Assembly (NCBI RefSeq): GCF_006345805.1
Contig: NC_042999.1
Coordinates: 142,910,001 to 142,974,000, forward strand
DNA: 64,000 nt
Source of the DNA: Octopus sinensis
Lineage: Eukaryota
Direction of reading: 5' to 3'
A model generated the notes under the pieces. That model ran no database searches and had not been told where the DNA came from. It saw nothing but the letters and a program-made list of their open reading frames with translations. Every line of letters begins with the position of its first letter. Within the stretch, counting starts at the first letter, position 1. The position numbers and the translations under genes are program-made. Shown here piece after piece: positions 24,939-37,924 of this stretch.

Positions 24939-25107
24939 TTACAATCAGCTAAATGAAGGAACAAAGAAAAGAACGTCCATATCGTGGCCCCACTAATTAT
25001 GTCACCACCAATATGAACACGATAAAAAACAACATAACTATGGTTGAAAAGAGAAATACTAGAAAGATACGGAGATCGCTTCAGTTTAAGTACAAAACTC
25101 TACCTAC

Positions 25108-25349
25108 GAAATATTTGATAAGATAATTTTCTCTTTAAACTTCCCACATAATGGTAGGCTTCTGGTCTTAACGATATAGCTGACATCGTGAATACTGATA
25201 ATAGTTTGTTGACTCAGGCTCAATCTCCTGAAATCGAAATTGTCTATATCGAAATTTGAATCGTCCGGAGTTTCCCGTGGAATCTCCAAAGATATTTTTG
25301 GATCCTCTTGGTCATTGTTATTTTCAACATTAGCTGCTGTTTCGTCCAT
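25108..25349 (-). CDS. ABCG2: ABCG2-like ABC half-transporter, first coding exon (MDETAANV...IISIHDVSYIVKTRSLPLCGKFKEKIILSNIS)
   Basis: ATG at 25349. The C-terminal half resembles the ABCG2 pre-Walker A segment. Donor TC|GTAGGT at 25107 is phase 2 and joins the next exon in frame. Confidence 0.88.
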
Positions 25350-25761
25350 TTAAACCTGTGCCGTTCACGAAAACGAATGAGTTACACAAGCCAATTGTAT
25401 ATCTCTTTCTTTCCTTCTCTCTATTTATGTTATGTCTCTTTCCCTCGATCGAAAAGAAATCAAAATATTTTCGGTTGTCTTGTTTTCTTTCTTCTCTTTC
25501 TTTCTTTCTTTCTCTCCTTGGACGTTTATATATTCGAAATATCGTTTCATAGGATGACAAGCTTAAGCGTGCGAACAGTGAACTTTTCAGATTTATACCT
25601 AACATCATGTAATACCTATGTGTATAACTACATGTACGCGCATATATATCATGTGAAATCGTTCTTATAACATTGTCTTTGGGACACCATTTTTGTTTTA
25701 ATCATACACGTATGCAGGGCCTGTAAGAAAAAATTTACAAAGTGGAATGAGTACTTTCGTG

Positions 25762-28341
25762 GGTCAATATAAAGTTTAAGACACGTTAACGAAAACAAAA
25801 TGAGTCTCCTCTCTAATAGGTGTAAAAAAAAGTGTGTAGAAAACGAATATGGAAAAGAATTTGCGCAAACAAACGTGGGGGTGGGGAGAGGACTTTCGGA
25901 AAATTCATAAGATCTGATTTTTCCCCTCATAACTTTCAGAAAAATGGATACATATTGATGAAACTTTATAGAAATACCGTTCAAATGGCACAAATTACGA
26001 TTATAAAGAAATTTCTGGGGAAAATGTTTTCCGAAGAGGTGGGGAGAGGACTGTCGGAAAGTTCACACGATCTGTTTTTTCCCCTCATAACTTTTAGGAA
26101 AATGGATATCTTTTCATGAAATTTTATAGAAACAACTTTCAAACAGCATAGATTACGATTATAAAGAAATTTTTGGGGAAATGTTTTCAGAAGGAGTGGG
26201 AAGAGGACTGTTGGAAAGTTCACACGATCCGTTTTTTACCCCTCATAACTTTCAGGATCTAGCCTAGCGCCCGGTCACCAAAACGATTTTTTTTTTCACC
26301 GGATTCCTATGTTTTCGATGACAGAGATTCAGAACATGCAAAAATAACCACGTTTTCAATATTTTTAAACACCTCCACTCCCAATTTTTAATTCTTAACT
26401 TTTATCGAATTTTTTTTCCAATCTACGTGGAGAAATACGGAGATTAATAATATGAGAGGGAAAAAACATTTTAATTTCAAATTTTTTATGAAAAACTCCA
26501 AAATTGATCAACACTCCCCTTGCTACCCCATCCCGCTGTCTAAAAGTGAAAATGAATGGCTGTTTTGTCCGTTTCCACATGCGTAGATTTATAGTAAAAT
26601 AGCAAAAGGATCACGGCATGTGAAGCCCTCACCACGAAACTCGATATGCTAAAAATAACATATAACGTGTGTATCAATCGAAATTAAAATCCTCATTCAA
26701 TGATAGATCGATCAAGTTCCTAAAGTTTTAAGGTTGTTGGTAGCAACATATTTTCTCTTTTAATTGAATATTAAAAAAGAAAATGCAAGGGAAATTAATT
26801 TTGGCGGTAACCCCTTGTTTCATTATCACAATTAAATGATACCCCTTGTTTCATTATCATAATTAAAAGGAAATTCAGAGGTGTAACATTGCGTAAGTTC
26901 ACTTCTGTAAATGTTTTTCTTGCATACCAACACTTACCTACCCCCCCCCACACACTTATACATATACGTACGCGGATACACATGGATGAAGTTCCATTTT
27001 GGAAGTATAAATCCATAAATCCTTAAAAATGTTTCAGCCCGAAGGTTGCGGCCATACTGGGGCACCACCGCTGAATGAGTTACACTAGTATGTGAATCCA
27101 CCTCTGATACGTGGCACTTGGTCAACAAGGGAGTTCGATGCCGCTGCCCGCATCTGTGTCTCCTGCAGAGAGGTAGGTTCATCTGGGACCCCCGACAAGA
27201 AGAGATCCAGTTTAGTTTTAAAGAAACCCACATCCACACCATGCAAGTCTCTCAGGCATTTAGGGGGGATGTTGAAGAGCTGTGGTCCTCTGAAACCCAA
27301 GCCGTTGCAGTATCTGGTCCTGTATTTTGATGGTGATGTTGGAATCTTTGGTACCATGCAGTGGCGCCAAAGTTTTTATTATTTTGGAATGAAGAACAGA
27401 AACATAGGTGCTGAACCAGTGACTAAACTTGTAGTATTTTGTTGGGATTAATCCAATGAATTGATAGCAAGATAATTGCTTCTATCAGGATCGTTTACCT
27501 TTAAAGCGAAAGAACAAAACCGACATATACGACAGATATGTAAAATATATTTCTGTGTACTTCTTTCTCTGTTCACTCGGATAAGCTGAAGAAATTGTTG
27601 CACGCGCGCAAACACAAACAAAAATTCTCCAGACATTTAGCTGTTATTTTTAGCATATAAAATTTCGTGGTGTGGGATTCACATGCTGTGATCCTTTTGT
27701 TGTTTCACTATAAAATCTACACATGCGGAAACGGACGAAACAGCTGTTCATTTTCACTTTTAGACAGCGGGATGGGGTGTTGATCAATTTTGGAGTTTTT
27801 CATAAAAAATTTGAAATTAAAATGTTTTTTTCCCCTCATATTTTTAATCTCTGTATTTCTCCACGTAGACTGAAAAAAAAAAAAAAATTAAAATAAAAAT
27901 TTAAAATTTGGGTGGGATGTTTAAAAATATTTCAAACGTGTTTTGTTTTTTTTTGCATATTCGGAATCTCCGTCATCGAAAACATAGGAATCCGGTGAAA
28001 AAAAAAATCCTGAAAGTTATGAGGGGTAAAAAACGGGTCGTGTGAACTTTCCGACAGTCCCCTCCCCCACCCCTTCTGAAAACATTTCCCCAGCAGTTTC
28101 TTTATAATCGTAATCTATGCTGATTGAAAGGTGTTTCTGTAAAATTTCATGAAAAGATATCCATTTTCCTAGAAGCTATGAGGGGAAAAACAGATCGTGT
28201 GAATTTTCCGACTGTCCTCTCCCCACATCACGTTCATTTGCGCAATTTTTTTTTCATAATCATTTTCTACACGCTTTTGTTTACACCTAGTAAGCAGAGC
28301 TTTTTTGTTTTCGTTAACGGGTCTTAAGCTTTATATCGACC
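25762..28341. mobile_element. 2.58-kb foldback / long-TIR DNA element with an 8-bp TSD
   Basis: Termini GGTCAATATAAAGTTTAAGAC / reverse complement GGTCGATATAAAGCTTAAGAC. TSD CTTTCGTG at 25754-25761 and 28342-28349. Arms of about 900 and 700 bp contain about 159-bp subrepeats. Confidence 0.85.
27030..27360 (-). mobile_element. 3' fragment of a CR1/L2-group-like LINE inside the foldback element
   Basis: GPQLFNIPPKCLRDL..FFKTKLDLFLSGVPDEP...AAASNSLVDQ, followed by a GGTGGTGCCCCAG tail also seen on SINEs here. Confidence 0.65.
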
Positions 28342-28537
28342 CTTTCGTGGTGGTTGTGGTAGGAGGAGGGGCCACTCAAAATTCAAAAACGAAACTGTAA
28401 GGCTTATATAACTTCTTTTTATTTGGGAAGGCCCATCAAATATTCGTGGATCCCATTCTGGGGCTCCAGGGCCTCGGACCGAGCTCCTGGCTGAACCCCA
28501 CTCTTATATGAACTTCATGTACATATGTTCTTGTGTG

Positions 28538-28608
<71 letters not shown>

Positions 28609-28620
28609 ATCTATATATAT

Positions 28621-28690
<70 letters not shown>

Positions 28691-28725
28691 ATATATATAC
28701 ATACATACATGCATACATATGTGTA
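28538..28725. repeat. (ATCT)n-(TA)n compound microsatellite
   Basis: Direct reading. Confidence 0.95.
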
Positions 28726-29219
28726 TGTGTGTTTCTGTAATAGAGAGTAAAAAATGGAGATATAGCATTTAATGAAAATTTATTAACTGCAAAAACCAAA
28801 CATAGTCCCTTACAGCTGTTTCAATTAAGCCTAAAAGATTAAATAGCAATAATTAAAATCATTATATTAAGCAAAATCTCTTCAGAGAGGTAGAAAAAAG
28901 ATATAACGTTAGGTGTTCTATGTGTTGTATTTTAGAATCATCACAGGAAACTCTGTCTATTTAATCTTTTAGGCTTAATTGAAACAGCTGTAAGAGATTT
29001 TGTTTGATTTTGCAAATTATAAAGTTTTATTAAATGCTATACCTCCATTTTCTTACTTTCTTTTGAATGATTATAAACCATGGTTTATGTACAAACCTAT
29101 TGTTTTATGAATATTATTATTCACAACAAATATTAGGTATTGAATCAGTAATTCATTGGATGGTACCATCCTTTAATGAGGCTAATTTAACCTCTAACTG
29201 AATATATGTATCCACACAT

Positions 29220-29248
<29 letters not shown>

Positions 29249-29255
<7 letters not shown>

Positions 29256-29457
29256 CCCTCAACTATCGCGGGTGTTACGTTCCAAAAACCCCGTGATAGG
29301 TGAAAATCCGCAAAGTAGAAACAGTACTGTACTATATATATTTTATTATTGGTTTTATAATTCGTGTATATTTATTCTATTATAAATGCAAAACAACACC
29401 ACGGAGGAATCGACATAAGCTTAAATAATAAACCGCGATATGCCGAGGGATTAATAT
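29249..29457. mobile_element. pogo/Tigger-like MITE
   Basis: CAGTAATCCCTCAACTATCGCGG ... CCGCGATATGCCGAGGGATTA inverted termini. Confidence 0.6.
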
Positions 29458-29589
29458 ATAATTAATCACTATAAAATTTCCACTTATTTCTTATTTTTAT
29501 TCTAAAATTTTCGTTGCGTCTTGCAACCTTTTCAATAGTCTTGACTATTGAAAAAAGGTTGGAAATTTTACCGGTGAGTGTGTTACATT

Positions 29590-29771
<182 letters not shown>

Positions 29772-30088
29772 GGTTGATGAAAGAGATGAAAGATGGAAGA
29801 TACTAGAATATTTATTAATCACTATAATTGTCTCGACCCCTCTAGCATCGATCCCTCACGGGTGGGAACCCAACAACTGTCCTTAGAGCATCCATTGGTG
29901 CAGATGTGTCTCTTCGAGTGGTAATTAGATATAACTCGTTAACGACTGTTTCACAAGTTATCTTCACGGTTCGTGTAAAGAAAAGCAGCAAATTAAAGGA
30001 TATAGCTTCATTTATATAAAAGATCAATAATAATAATAAAAATAACATGCAGAACGGAAACGAATACACACACACGCACGCACACACA

Positions 30089-30148
<60 letters not shown>

Positions 30149-30699
30149 TCGGTCCTCCCGGCCTTCGGCCCGGTCTGTACGGTGCTCAATGTATTCATAA
30201 GGCACATATTGGCTTTGTCTCATTTTCTTTTACTCTAGCAAGAAATAGGTAGATGTAGTGAGGGAGAGAGACATATATACAACCAGAGGGAGAGGGAGAG
30301 AGATAGAGACATTGAGAGGGACATATAGAGAGAAAGAAAAGTCTGGTCCGGCGGCGACTTCAAATGAACAAATGTATAAGCTTAGAGAAACTTAGAGGTT
30401 TATTAAGTGATAGGTGGAGTATTTTTTTCACTCTGCAAAAAGCATTACGGTGAAATAGACAGTACGTGGATTGCTAGAAATAGGAGTCAATGCACCGCCA
30501 ACTCCCCCCCCCCCCCCATCCGTTTTCGGAAACTAAGTGCACAGTTACCTGCGGAATGGTCAAATTAATCTAAACGACAGAAAAAACTTGAAATATTAAC
30601 AATTTTAATTAGTATTTTCAGCGGTCAGAGAACAAGCTAACTTTGCTTTTTATATGGGTAATCTCTACACATTTTCTCTCTCTCTCTCTCTCTCTTTTC

Positions 30700-30860
30700 A
30701 TTCTTTCTCTGGTTTCCCCCCTCTTAATCCTTCCTGTTGAAGAGCGTAAGCTCGAAACGTAAAAGACTCTTCCATTCTTTCTGAGCGTTAAACTAATACA
30801 GCTGCTTGTTGTTCCTGTACCTGTCTTCCTCATTTATTTTCTGTAAATTTGAATTATATA
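30700..30860 (+). mobile_element. Penelope-type terminal repeat fragment with a hammerhead-like motif (copy 2)
   Basis: CTGTTGAAGAGCGTAAGCTCGAAACGTAaaagac; same family as the copies at 5.5 kb and 47.8 kb. Confidence 0.55.
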
Positions 30861-31699
30861 TATTTACTAGTGGGCCTCCCGGCCTTCGGCCCGGTCTGTA
30901 AGGTGTTGAAATGTATTCGTAAGGCACATATTGGCATCTATCGTAATACCCATTTTCCTTACAGTAAAAGTTGTTAAAAAGTATTTAAATATTGCTTAAC
31001 AACGAAATAATTTTACAATTTTTTTTAGAATATCTAAATACAAAAAGCACTACAGATAATAATAGAGAAATGTATTGTACGAAAATTATAAAACATTTGC
31101 AGAACTTCAGTATATACAACGTTTTTAACTTTTTTCTTTGGAGCATATATGAAGAGTTTCTGTGAGGCCTTCCTACTCTGGAACAACCTACATACAACTG
31201 ACGATTTGAGAAACAGCCTTCTATAGACCAACAACCTGCAGTGTTAGGTCTTGGGACTTATTAATGGTCAATGCGTAACTGACTCTCACTGGGAATTGCA
31301 ATCGTTTGAAACAAAAGGGGACATCTGGGTTATTTTCGGTTTGAACGGCAGTTTTTAAAAATAATTTCCATCCAACTAAACACTTTTAAACTTCGTTTAC
31401 TGGTAGAATGTGTTTATAAAACATCTTTTTCTCTTGGCTTTGTTGAGAAAATTCTATAGTTTGTAAGATATCTGTTGTTTTTTTCTTCAATTTCTGCAAT
31501 TTCAACCAATCAATGACGTCTATTGAGGTGAAAACATTGTGCCGTATGAATATGTCCCTCGTTTAAGAAACAGCTTGGGTTTATTTACATTTCTCAAGAT
31601 AAAAAAGATACCCTTCCCCCCACTCCTAACCCTAAAACAGATTGAAATGCAATAGATCGATACTAGAGTCATAATTATGGGTGACAATTTCATATGACA

Positions 31700-31895
31700 C
31701 CGCTAGAAAAAACTGCCGTTCAAACCGAAAAGATCCGACATCTGTTGGTATTAGCGGTATTCTAGGTATAGATATAATGTCTCCCTTGCCACATCCAATT
31801 AGGATTTTTATTTCGATAATGTGAGACAGTACTTCAGTCACAACGATACATGTACCATTGCACAATCTTGGCTGATCCAGGTTTCTGAAAAGCAT
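31700..31895 (-). mobile_element. Helitron helicase fragment
   Basis: MLFRNLDQPRLCNGT...KGDIISIPRIPLIPTD..FRFERQF is the typical Helitron/Pif1 C-terminal motif. Confidence 0.8.
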
Positions 31896-33028
31896 GATGA
31901 CTAATCCCGTCTTCAGTTCAAGGATGTGTGGCGGTATACTGGACGGTTCCAGACTGCTGAGGATTTCAACAGGATGATGAACAGCATCATCCTCGTCAAC
32001 AACTTTGTCGATAGATTTATAGATGTGGCTACCTCCACAACCCTCTTTCTCACTTGTTTTTTCTCCCTAACCCTTTTTCTATCAGTCTCATGTATTATTC
32101 TCAAGAGAGAGAACGAGGTAGAGATAGTGAGAGAGAGAGAGAGACACATATACGACCAGACAGAGGGGGATATAGTGAGAGAGATAGACATAGAGAGGGA
32201 CAGAAAGAAAGCAGTGGTCCAGCGGCGACTTCAAAGAAATAAATGTAATGTATAAACTTAGAGAAAGTTAGAGGTGGATTAAGTGATAGGTGGAGGTTTT
32301 TTTCACTCTGTAAAAAGCATTACGGTGAAATAGACAGTACTCGGATTGCGAGAAATAGGAGCCAATACATCACCAACTAACCCATTCCATTTTCGGAAAA
32401 TAAGTGCACAGTTATCTGTGGAATAGTCAAATTAATTTTAATGACAGGAAAACCTGAAATATTATCAATTTCGTTTAGTGTTTTCAGCGGTCATCGTAGA
32501 AATAAACAAACTTTGCTTTTTATAAAGATATATGGACTTTACGATGAAATAGACAGTACGTGGATTGCTACTGCACGCTGTTCGTACCTACTTGAATAGG
32601 CTTTGCACGCTGTTCGTACCTACTTGAAAAGATCCGGCACATGCTTGTCCCGTATACCTCAAATTCTCTCCCTTGATATCTATGATTTTTTTTTTTCAAT
32701 CCTTGCTTTAAATCCACTTGTGTCCTATATATTTTACATTGTGCATTCACAATTTTGAACGTTCGTATAGTGCACATTTCTGCAATTTTTTTTATTATCA
32801 TTTGTTTTGTTGGGGTTTTTTTCTTACAAACTCTCTAGGGGAAAGATTGATTTAACGAATAACTTGCTAGATTCTTAGCCAAGATTCGCTTGGCCTCTGG
32901 CCAAAGGAGCACTTCACGTATGGTCTGTCATCGCGCGATTACACAAATTTTACCCTCTCTACTTGTCAACGCAGAGAAATAAACTCCCCTACTCTCTCTC
33001 TCTCTCTGTCTCTCTCTCTCTCTCTCCC

Positions 33029-33059
<31 letters not shown>

Positions 33060-34689
33060 TTCTCCTTCTTTCATCCGTTCTTCTAGCAGTCAATAAAAGA
33101 TTAACTTAATTAGCTACAGAACGGGAGATAATCTGAATACAAAAGCATCCAACGGAATCTTTGGAACAATCAAGCCTTAAATACAACTTCAAGACAGTGT
33201 CGTTTGGAATGTTTGTGAAAAATCCAATAATAAATGCTTTCAATTTTGGAATAATACTTAAAGGTATATGACCGCTAGAAAATAAAACACCGGACATGGA
33301 AATAGTTGTACTCTCAGATGAAGCACTGTGTAGCTGTAAAGAATACTAGCATTTATAATTATATTTCGGGAGTACTACTGCTATTTCAAAGAATCGTGCC
33401 AAGCAGGAAGCTATTTCAGTAAATTCTTTGCAGAAGTGGGGAGTGGTGTGTGAGAAGTATTGGTATGATCACAGAAAATGCCGATCAAGTGAAATTTAAA
33501 AGATTATTTTCCTCGAGTGTTGAAATCATGTAATGATCCTCAGATAATTAGGCCAAAAAATAAATCAATCTCAACGCATAAACTGTTTTGTGTTTTTTCA
33601 GCCTAATTGAAACATCGTTTGTTCCATGCACTTGTCAACATTGTAATTAATAATCAATCAATCAATGCAAGCTTTAATTCGCAGCAGAAGCACTCACAAA
33701 TTAAAGATGATATTGCTAAACAGAATGATGTAGTCGCTAAACAATTCAGAGGTGATGCTGTGACTGCGTCAGCACTGCTTTCAGTATTCTTCTGTAGCAT
33801 TCTTACTCAAATGGCGCTTAATCTCCACTTACGTCGTCAACTTTCGCTTGTTTCAAGACCATTCATCAATTTAACTCCAAACACAAAACAAAATTATTGT
33901 CAGGCTTACTCGAAAGTATTTTTAATACAGTTGCAGTTTCATAAGACAAAAAGCATTCTACCAAATCAAAGACATTATAGAGTTACAACGCGACTTCTTC
34001 GTAAGTGTAAGAGTAAAATATTGAAGAGTGTAGTGTCATAAATCAGACGACAATTATTGGGCGGTAACGCCGATCACATTTAGACGCTTAGAAATATATG
34101 TCTGTCATACGATACAAAGTTGATTTTATGTCCTGAGTCTGGAGGAAGGCAAATGATTTTCGTAATCCCTCTGAGACCGGTGGGATTGTCATTAATGTTC
34201 TATTTGAATCTTTGCAAATCAACACACGCAGGAAACACATTAGTAGAGAAAGAGTTCCAGAGAGCCGACATTTGAGGAAGGAAAGGCAGAGAGAAGTGAG
34301 ATGACAGCGAGCTTGTGGGCCAACAGTGAGACAACTCTAGTTAATGAAGTATACCACTTTTCTTTATCGTGAGGATTGTTGGTGTGTGTTCTATTGTTGA
34401 AGACTAATCATCGATGGTCTAACTGGCTGCATGTATAATAAATGAAGCAAACTAACGAACTTTTAACATATTTATTGATGGACATGATTTACTGTATTGG
34501 CTATCTAGAAGAAAAAAATTAGATGCAAATACAACAACCGTCGATGGGAGAAGAGAACCGGGCTGTGTCTTGTTGAAGGCTAGATGTGGTACATTGTGTG
34601 AGTGGCCGAATTCATCTCTTGCTTGAGGTGGTCTACTTTGGTGAGTTGGGGGTAAAACGGACGAATTTTAGATCATCCGAAAATCCACA

Positions 34690-34740
34690 TCACGCTACAG
34701 CTTCACGCTAATTGGTCGTTTTATAGATCAGTCACGTGGA
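34690..34740 (-). promoter_or_regulatory. Candidate core promoter with an E-box and TATA box on the minus strand
   Basis: CACGTG at 34733-34738 and TATAAAA at 34725-34719, in unique CpG-retaining sequence. Motif-level evidence only. Confidence 0.25.
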
Positions 34741-37700
34741 ACTAACTAATTATTTCGCAGTTAGGGTTCGAATTCCTATATCCCAATCCTCGAAAGGCAT
34801 TTATTGCTTTCAAAAATATTAAATCGACGTAGAAAAATGCTTGCCTCCATAATATTGATAACTACATTTCATTTACTTTTGAGACAACACGCCAAACAAT
34901 GTTCTAGGGCCAACATTATTTTGCGCCCTTTCAAAGACAGAAGTGCCGTCCAGTTCAGATATTAAGCCCACAGCTTAATTATGAGCCGTAAAACCCTAAC
35001 CATTAGGCAACGCGTCTTCACCACCTTTCTGTACAACTAACTGTCACTCCCTCTCCGCCAGGTCACTTGTTGTTGGCATCTATCACTCTCTCTTGCCATT
35101 ACATATCTCGACATCTATCCAATACTGTCTCCAACTCTCTGTCTACTCCAAGCAAATATGTAACTGTCCCATTACTCACTACTATTACTGTCTTTCTTCC
35201 ATAAATACTCCCAACACTGTCTTTTCCATAAATCCTTCTCCTGCTACCCTCTCATCCCAATTCACTCTGTCTCTTCCAAGAGATTAGATTAAAAGAGTTA
35301 GATCCTTTTGATTCAATACTTCAACACACTGTTGACGTGTGGCCTCCTCAATAGGCATGGTATGATTTGTTATAAAAACCTATTACATATGTAGGAAATT
35401 CTGTCTGTGAGTGTGTTTGTTGAGTTGTTAGCTAACTCCTCCTACATTGTTTTATCGATTTTGATGAAACTTGACACGTGAGTAGAACTCATGTCTGGAA
35501 ACCTCATAGCGTACTCAGATTGTTGAAAAAAAAATTGATAATAGGGCCCCTGGAAGGGATCCTTATATATATCTAATATATTTTATTTTAAGAACCAAGG
35601 GAAATAATCCATTCGCCCCTGGAAGGGGTCCTTATATATAGCCAAGAGAAATAACCCATTCATTTTCCTAAATTATTTGTTAAAAATTAAATTGAGTATG
35701 CTTATTTCTTAGTATTTGAACTGTTAGAGTTATTTTTGCACTTTATCCAATACAACCCTTATACAAACAAGTAGTATTTTCCTAAACAATAGATCCACTT
35801 ATTTCGGCTAGTGACTTAGTCACGAATATACCAACACTAGCGCCCCTGAGGGTAATATTCTCTTGGAACGCAGAAAAGCCCTTTTCAGAGTTATTTACTT
35901 TGAATTATTATTATCTCATATCTGATTACCCTGTTATTACGTAACATGCTTCCCGATTTTAGTATACATACCTTATTAGTATTTCCTCCTTAGTTCTATA
36001 TACTCTCGGAACGCATTAAAGCCCTTTTTGGGGCTACTTTATTTGAATTCTTACTATCGGGTAACTAATCTCATGTTATTACATAACTGACTTCACAATT
36101 TGGGTATTCATAACTTATTGGGAATTCTTAAAAACAAGATCCTATATAAGACAGTTCGGTATTCTCTGTAAATGCACAAAAACCATTTTATGGGCTACAT
36201 ACTTTGTATTGGTGTTATTAGATTAGCGAAACAGTTATGAGAACGTAACTACCGGGTACGTCAGCTAGTATTATCATATTCAGTAAGATGTTTAATTTTT
36301 ACCGTTTTCATGTTTATTAATTTTTTCCGTTTTGCATGATTTGTTATAAAGATATCAGATTCAAGACGATGTTTTATCTCTTCACTTTGTATGTTTATTA
36401 ATTTTTTCATTTTTGTTTTATTGAGGGCTGAACAATTTTTTTAGTTGAAGGAGACAGCCAAAAGTACCATATTTCTCGTAAAACGGGGTTGGGTTGGGGT
36501 GATAACCTAATTTTTTAATGGGGGTGAGATTACCAAAAAGTACCGGGATTTTTTTCTCTTTTTTAAAGTTTATGAAAATGATTTTATTCAATCGTCATCG
36601 CTGTCGTTGTTGTTATTGTTTAGCTCTGGGTAAGTCCTAATCCAGCAAACATTTCAAACGTAACTATTCTATCCTTTACTTATGCGCAGGGAACTGTAAC
36701 TAATTACATTACTGTTATATCATTTAATCTTCATAAAGTAGTGTAATATGCATCATAAAAAAACCAACAGAAAGATATTATTTCTTACAGATTTTATTTT
36801 CCCGTGAATTCGACGTTAGGGTCAGCATACAAAATGTTGTAGTAGTCGGTGGTTTTACAGTGGTAAGAAGAAAATAACTATGACAAAGCTCGCACACCTT
36901 TAGTAATAACTGCGTCTCAAAGCGAAAACGACTGTTCCCTAATATCCCGAGAGGGTTTGTATTTATTCATGGTGGAAGGCTGAATGTAGGTCGGAGAAAA
37001 CGGGAAGTATTTAATCCAAGAATGTTCATTTAAACAATAGTACATATCTAAGTTTGACGGTTGACCCTCAGAATGGAAAGAATCTGGTAGAAGAATTTAG
37101 ACTAAGGTTCCGATTCCTGATTAAGAATCCAAGAAACGATTTGTTTCAGAACCCAAAGCTATAGTCACATTATATCTAACGAGTCCTTTTAAAAAGTCAG
37201 TGGTGTGGGATTTTAGGGAAATTTAGCTATTATTTTAGTGAATGGAGTGACATCGTAAAGATGCCCTCGTTGGCTGCATGATGCCCTGCTATGACGAAAA
37301 GTTGGTTGGGAATTGACTACTGTGTGATTATGGTATATAGATATATGGAACAGAATGTGAAGTCTGGAGAAGTGTGGTTGTAGTTAGTGAGGTATATAAG
37401 TGTATTTTGTTTGGGATACAACAAAAGTTTAGTTATGATGTTAGTGTGTCATCCTTTGGTGGTTCTGGTGTTGACTGGGTGGACCCATTTAGGGTGCGAC
37501 AGTTACTGTTACTCTGCACTAATTTTTAATTATGCGCATCCTAAAACTATGATTATGAGAGATATTTCCAATACTGGAGCATTTTGTATGTTTTTTTTTC
37601 TCTATTTCTCTAGCTTTAGCACAGGGAATCGATTGTAACAATGTGTAGCAATATTAGTGATATTAATATACGAGATGTAGGGGTGTATGATATAAAGTTT

Positions 37701-37924
37701 CACATATATAATATAGTGAGTTGAAAAACTTTGATCACTAAGATTATCCAAGTAATTAGTTGATAAAAATCCCTTGTATGTGTTCAAAATATAAAATTAA
37801 CAAGGGCGGTAACCTCAATAGACTGACACTCAAAATTTTTGGACACATATAGACATTTAGATTGGAGTATATTTAAAGCTAACTGGTGAAAGCAACTGAC
37901 AAGTTTCAGTCTTATTAAGCCGCC

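Larger units (their letters stand above)
29960..32530. mobile_element. Cluster of Helitron-derived non-autonomous repeats
   Basis: The head CTCCCGGCCTTCGGCCCGGTCTGTA...GGCACATATTGGC occurs at about 30155 and 30875. A 350-bp body ending ACTTTGCTTTTTATA occurs at about 30290-30655 and 32160-32525. A helicase fragment lies between them. Confidence 0.6.

Noticed and set aside
33607-34041. 144-aa plus-strand ORF
   Set aside because: No family similarity and a non-ATG start in the sequence. The region fits a minus-strand leader or promoter better.
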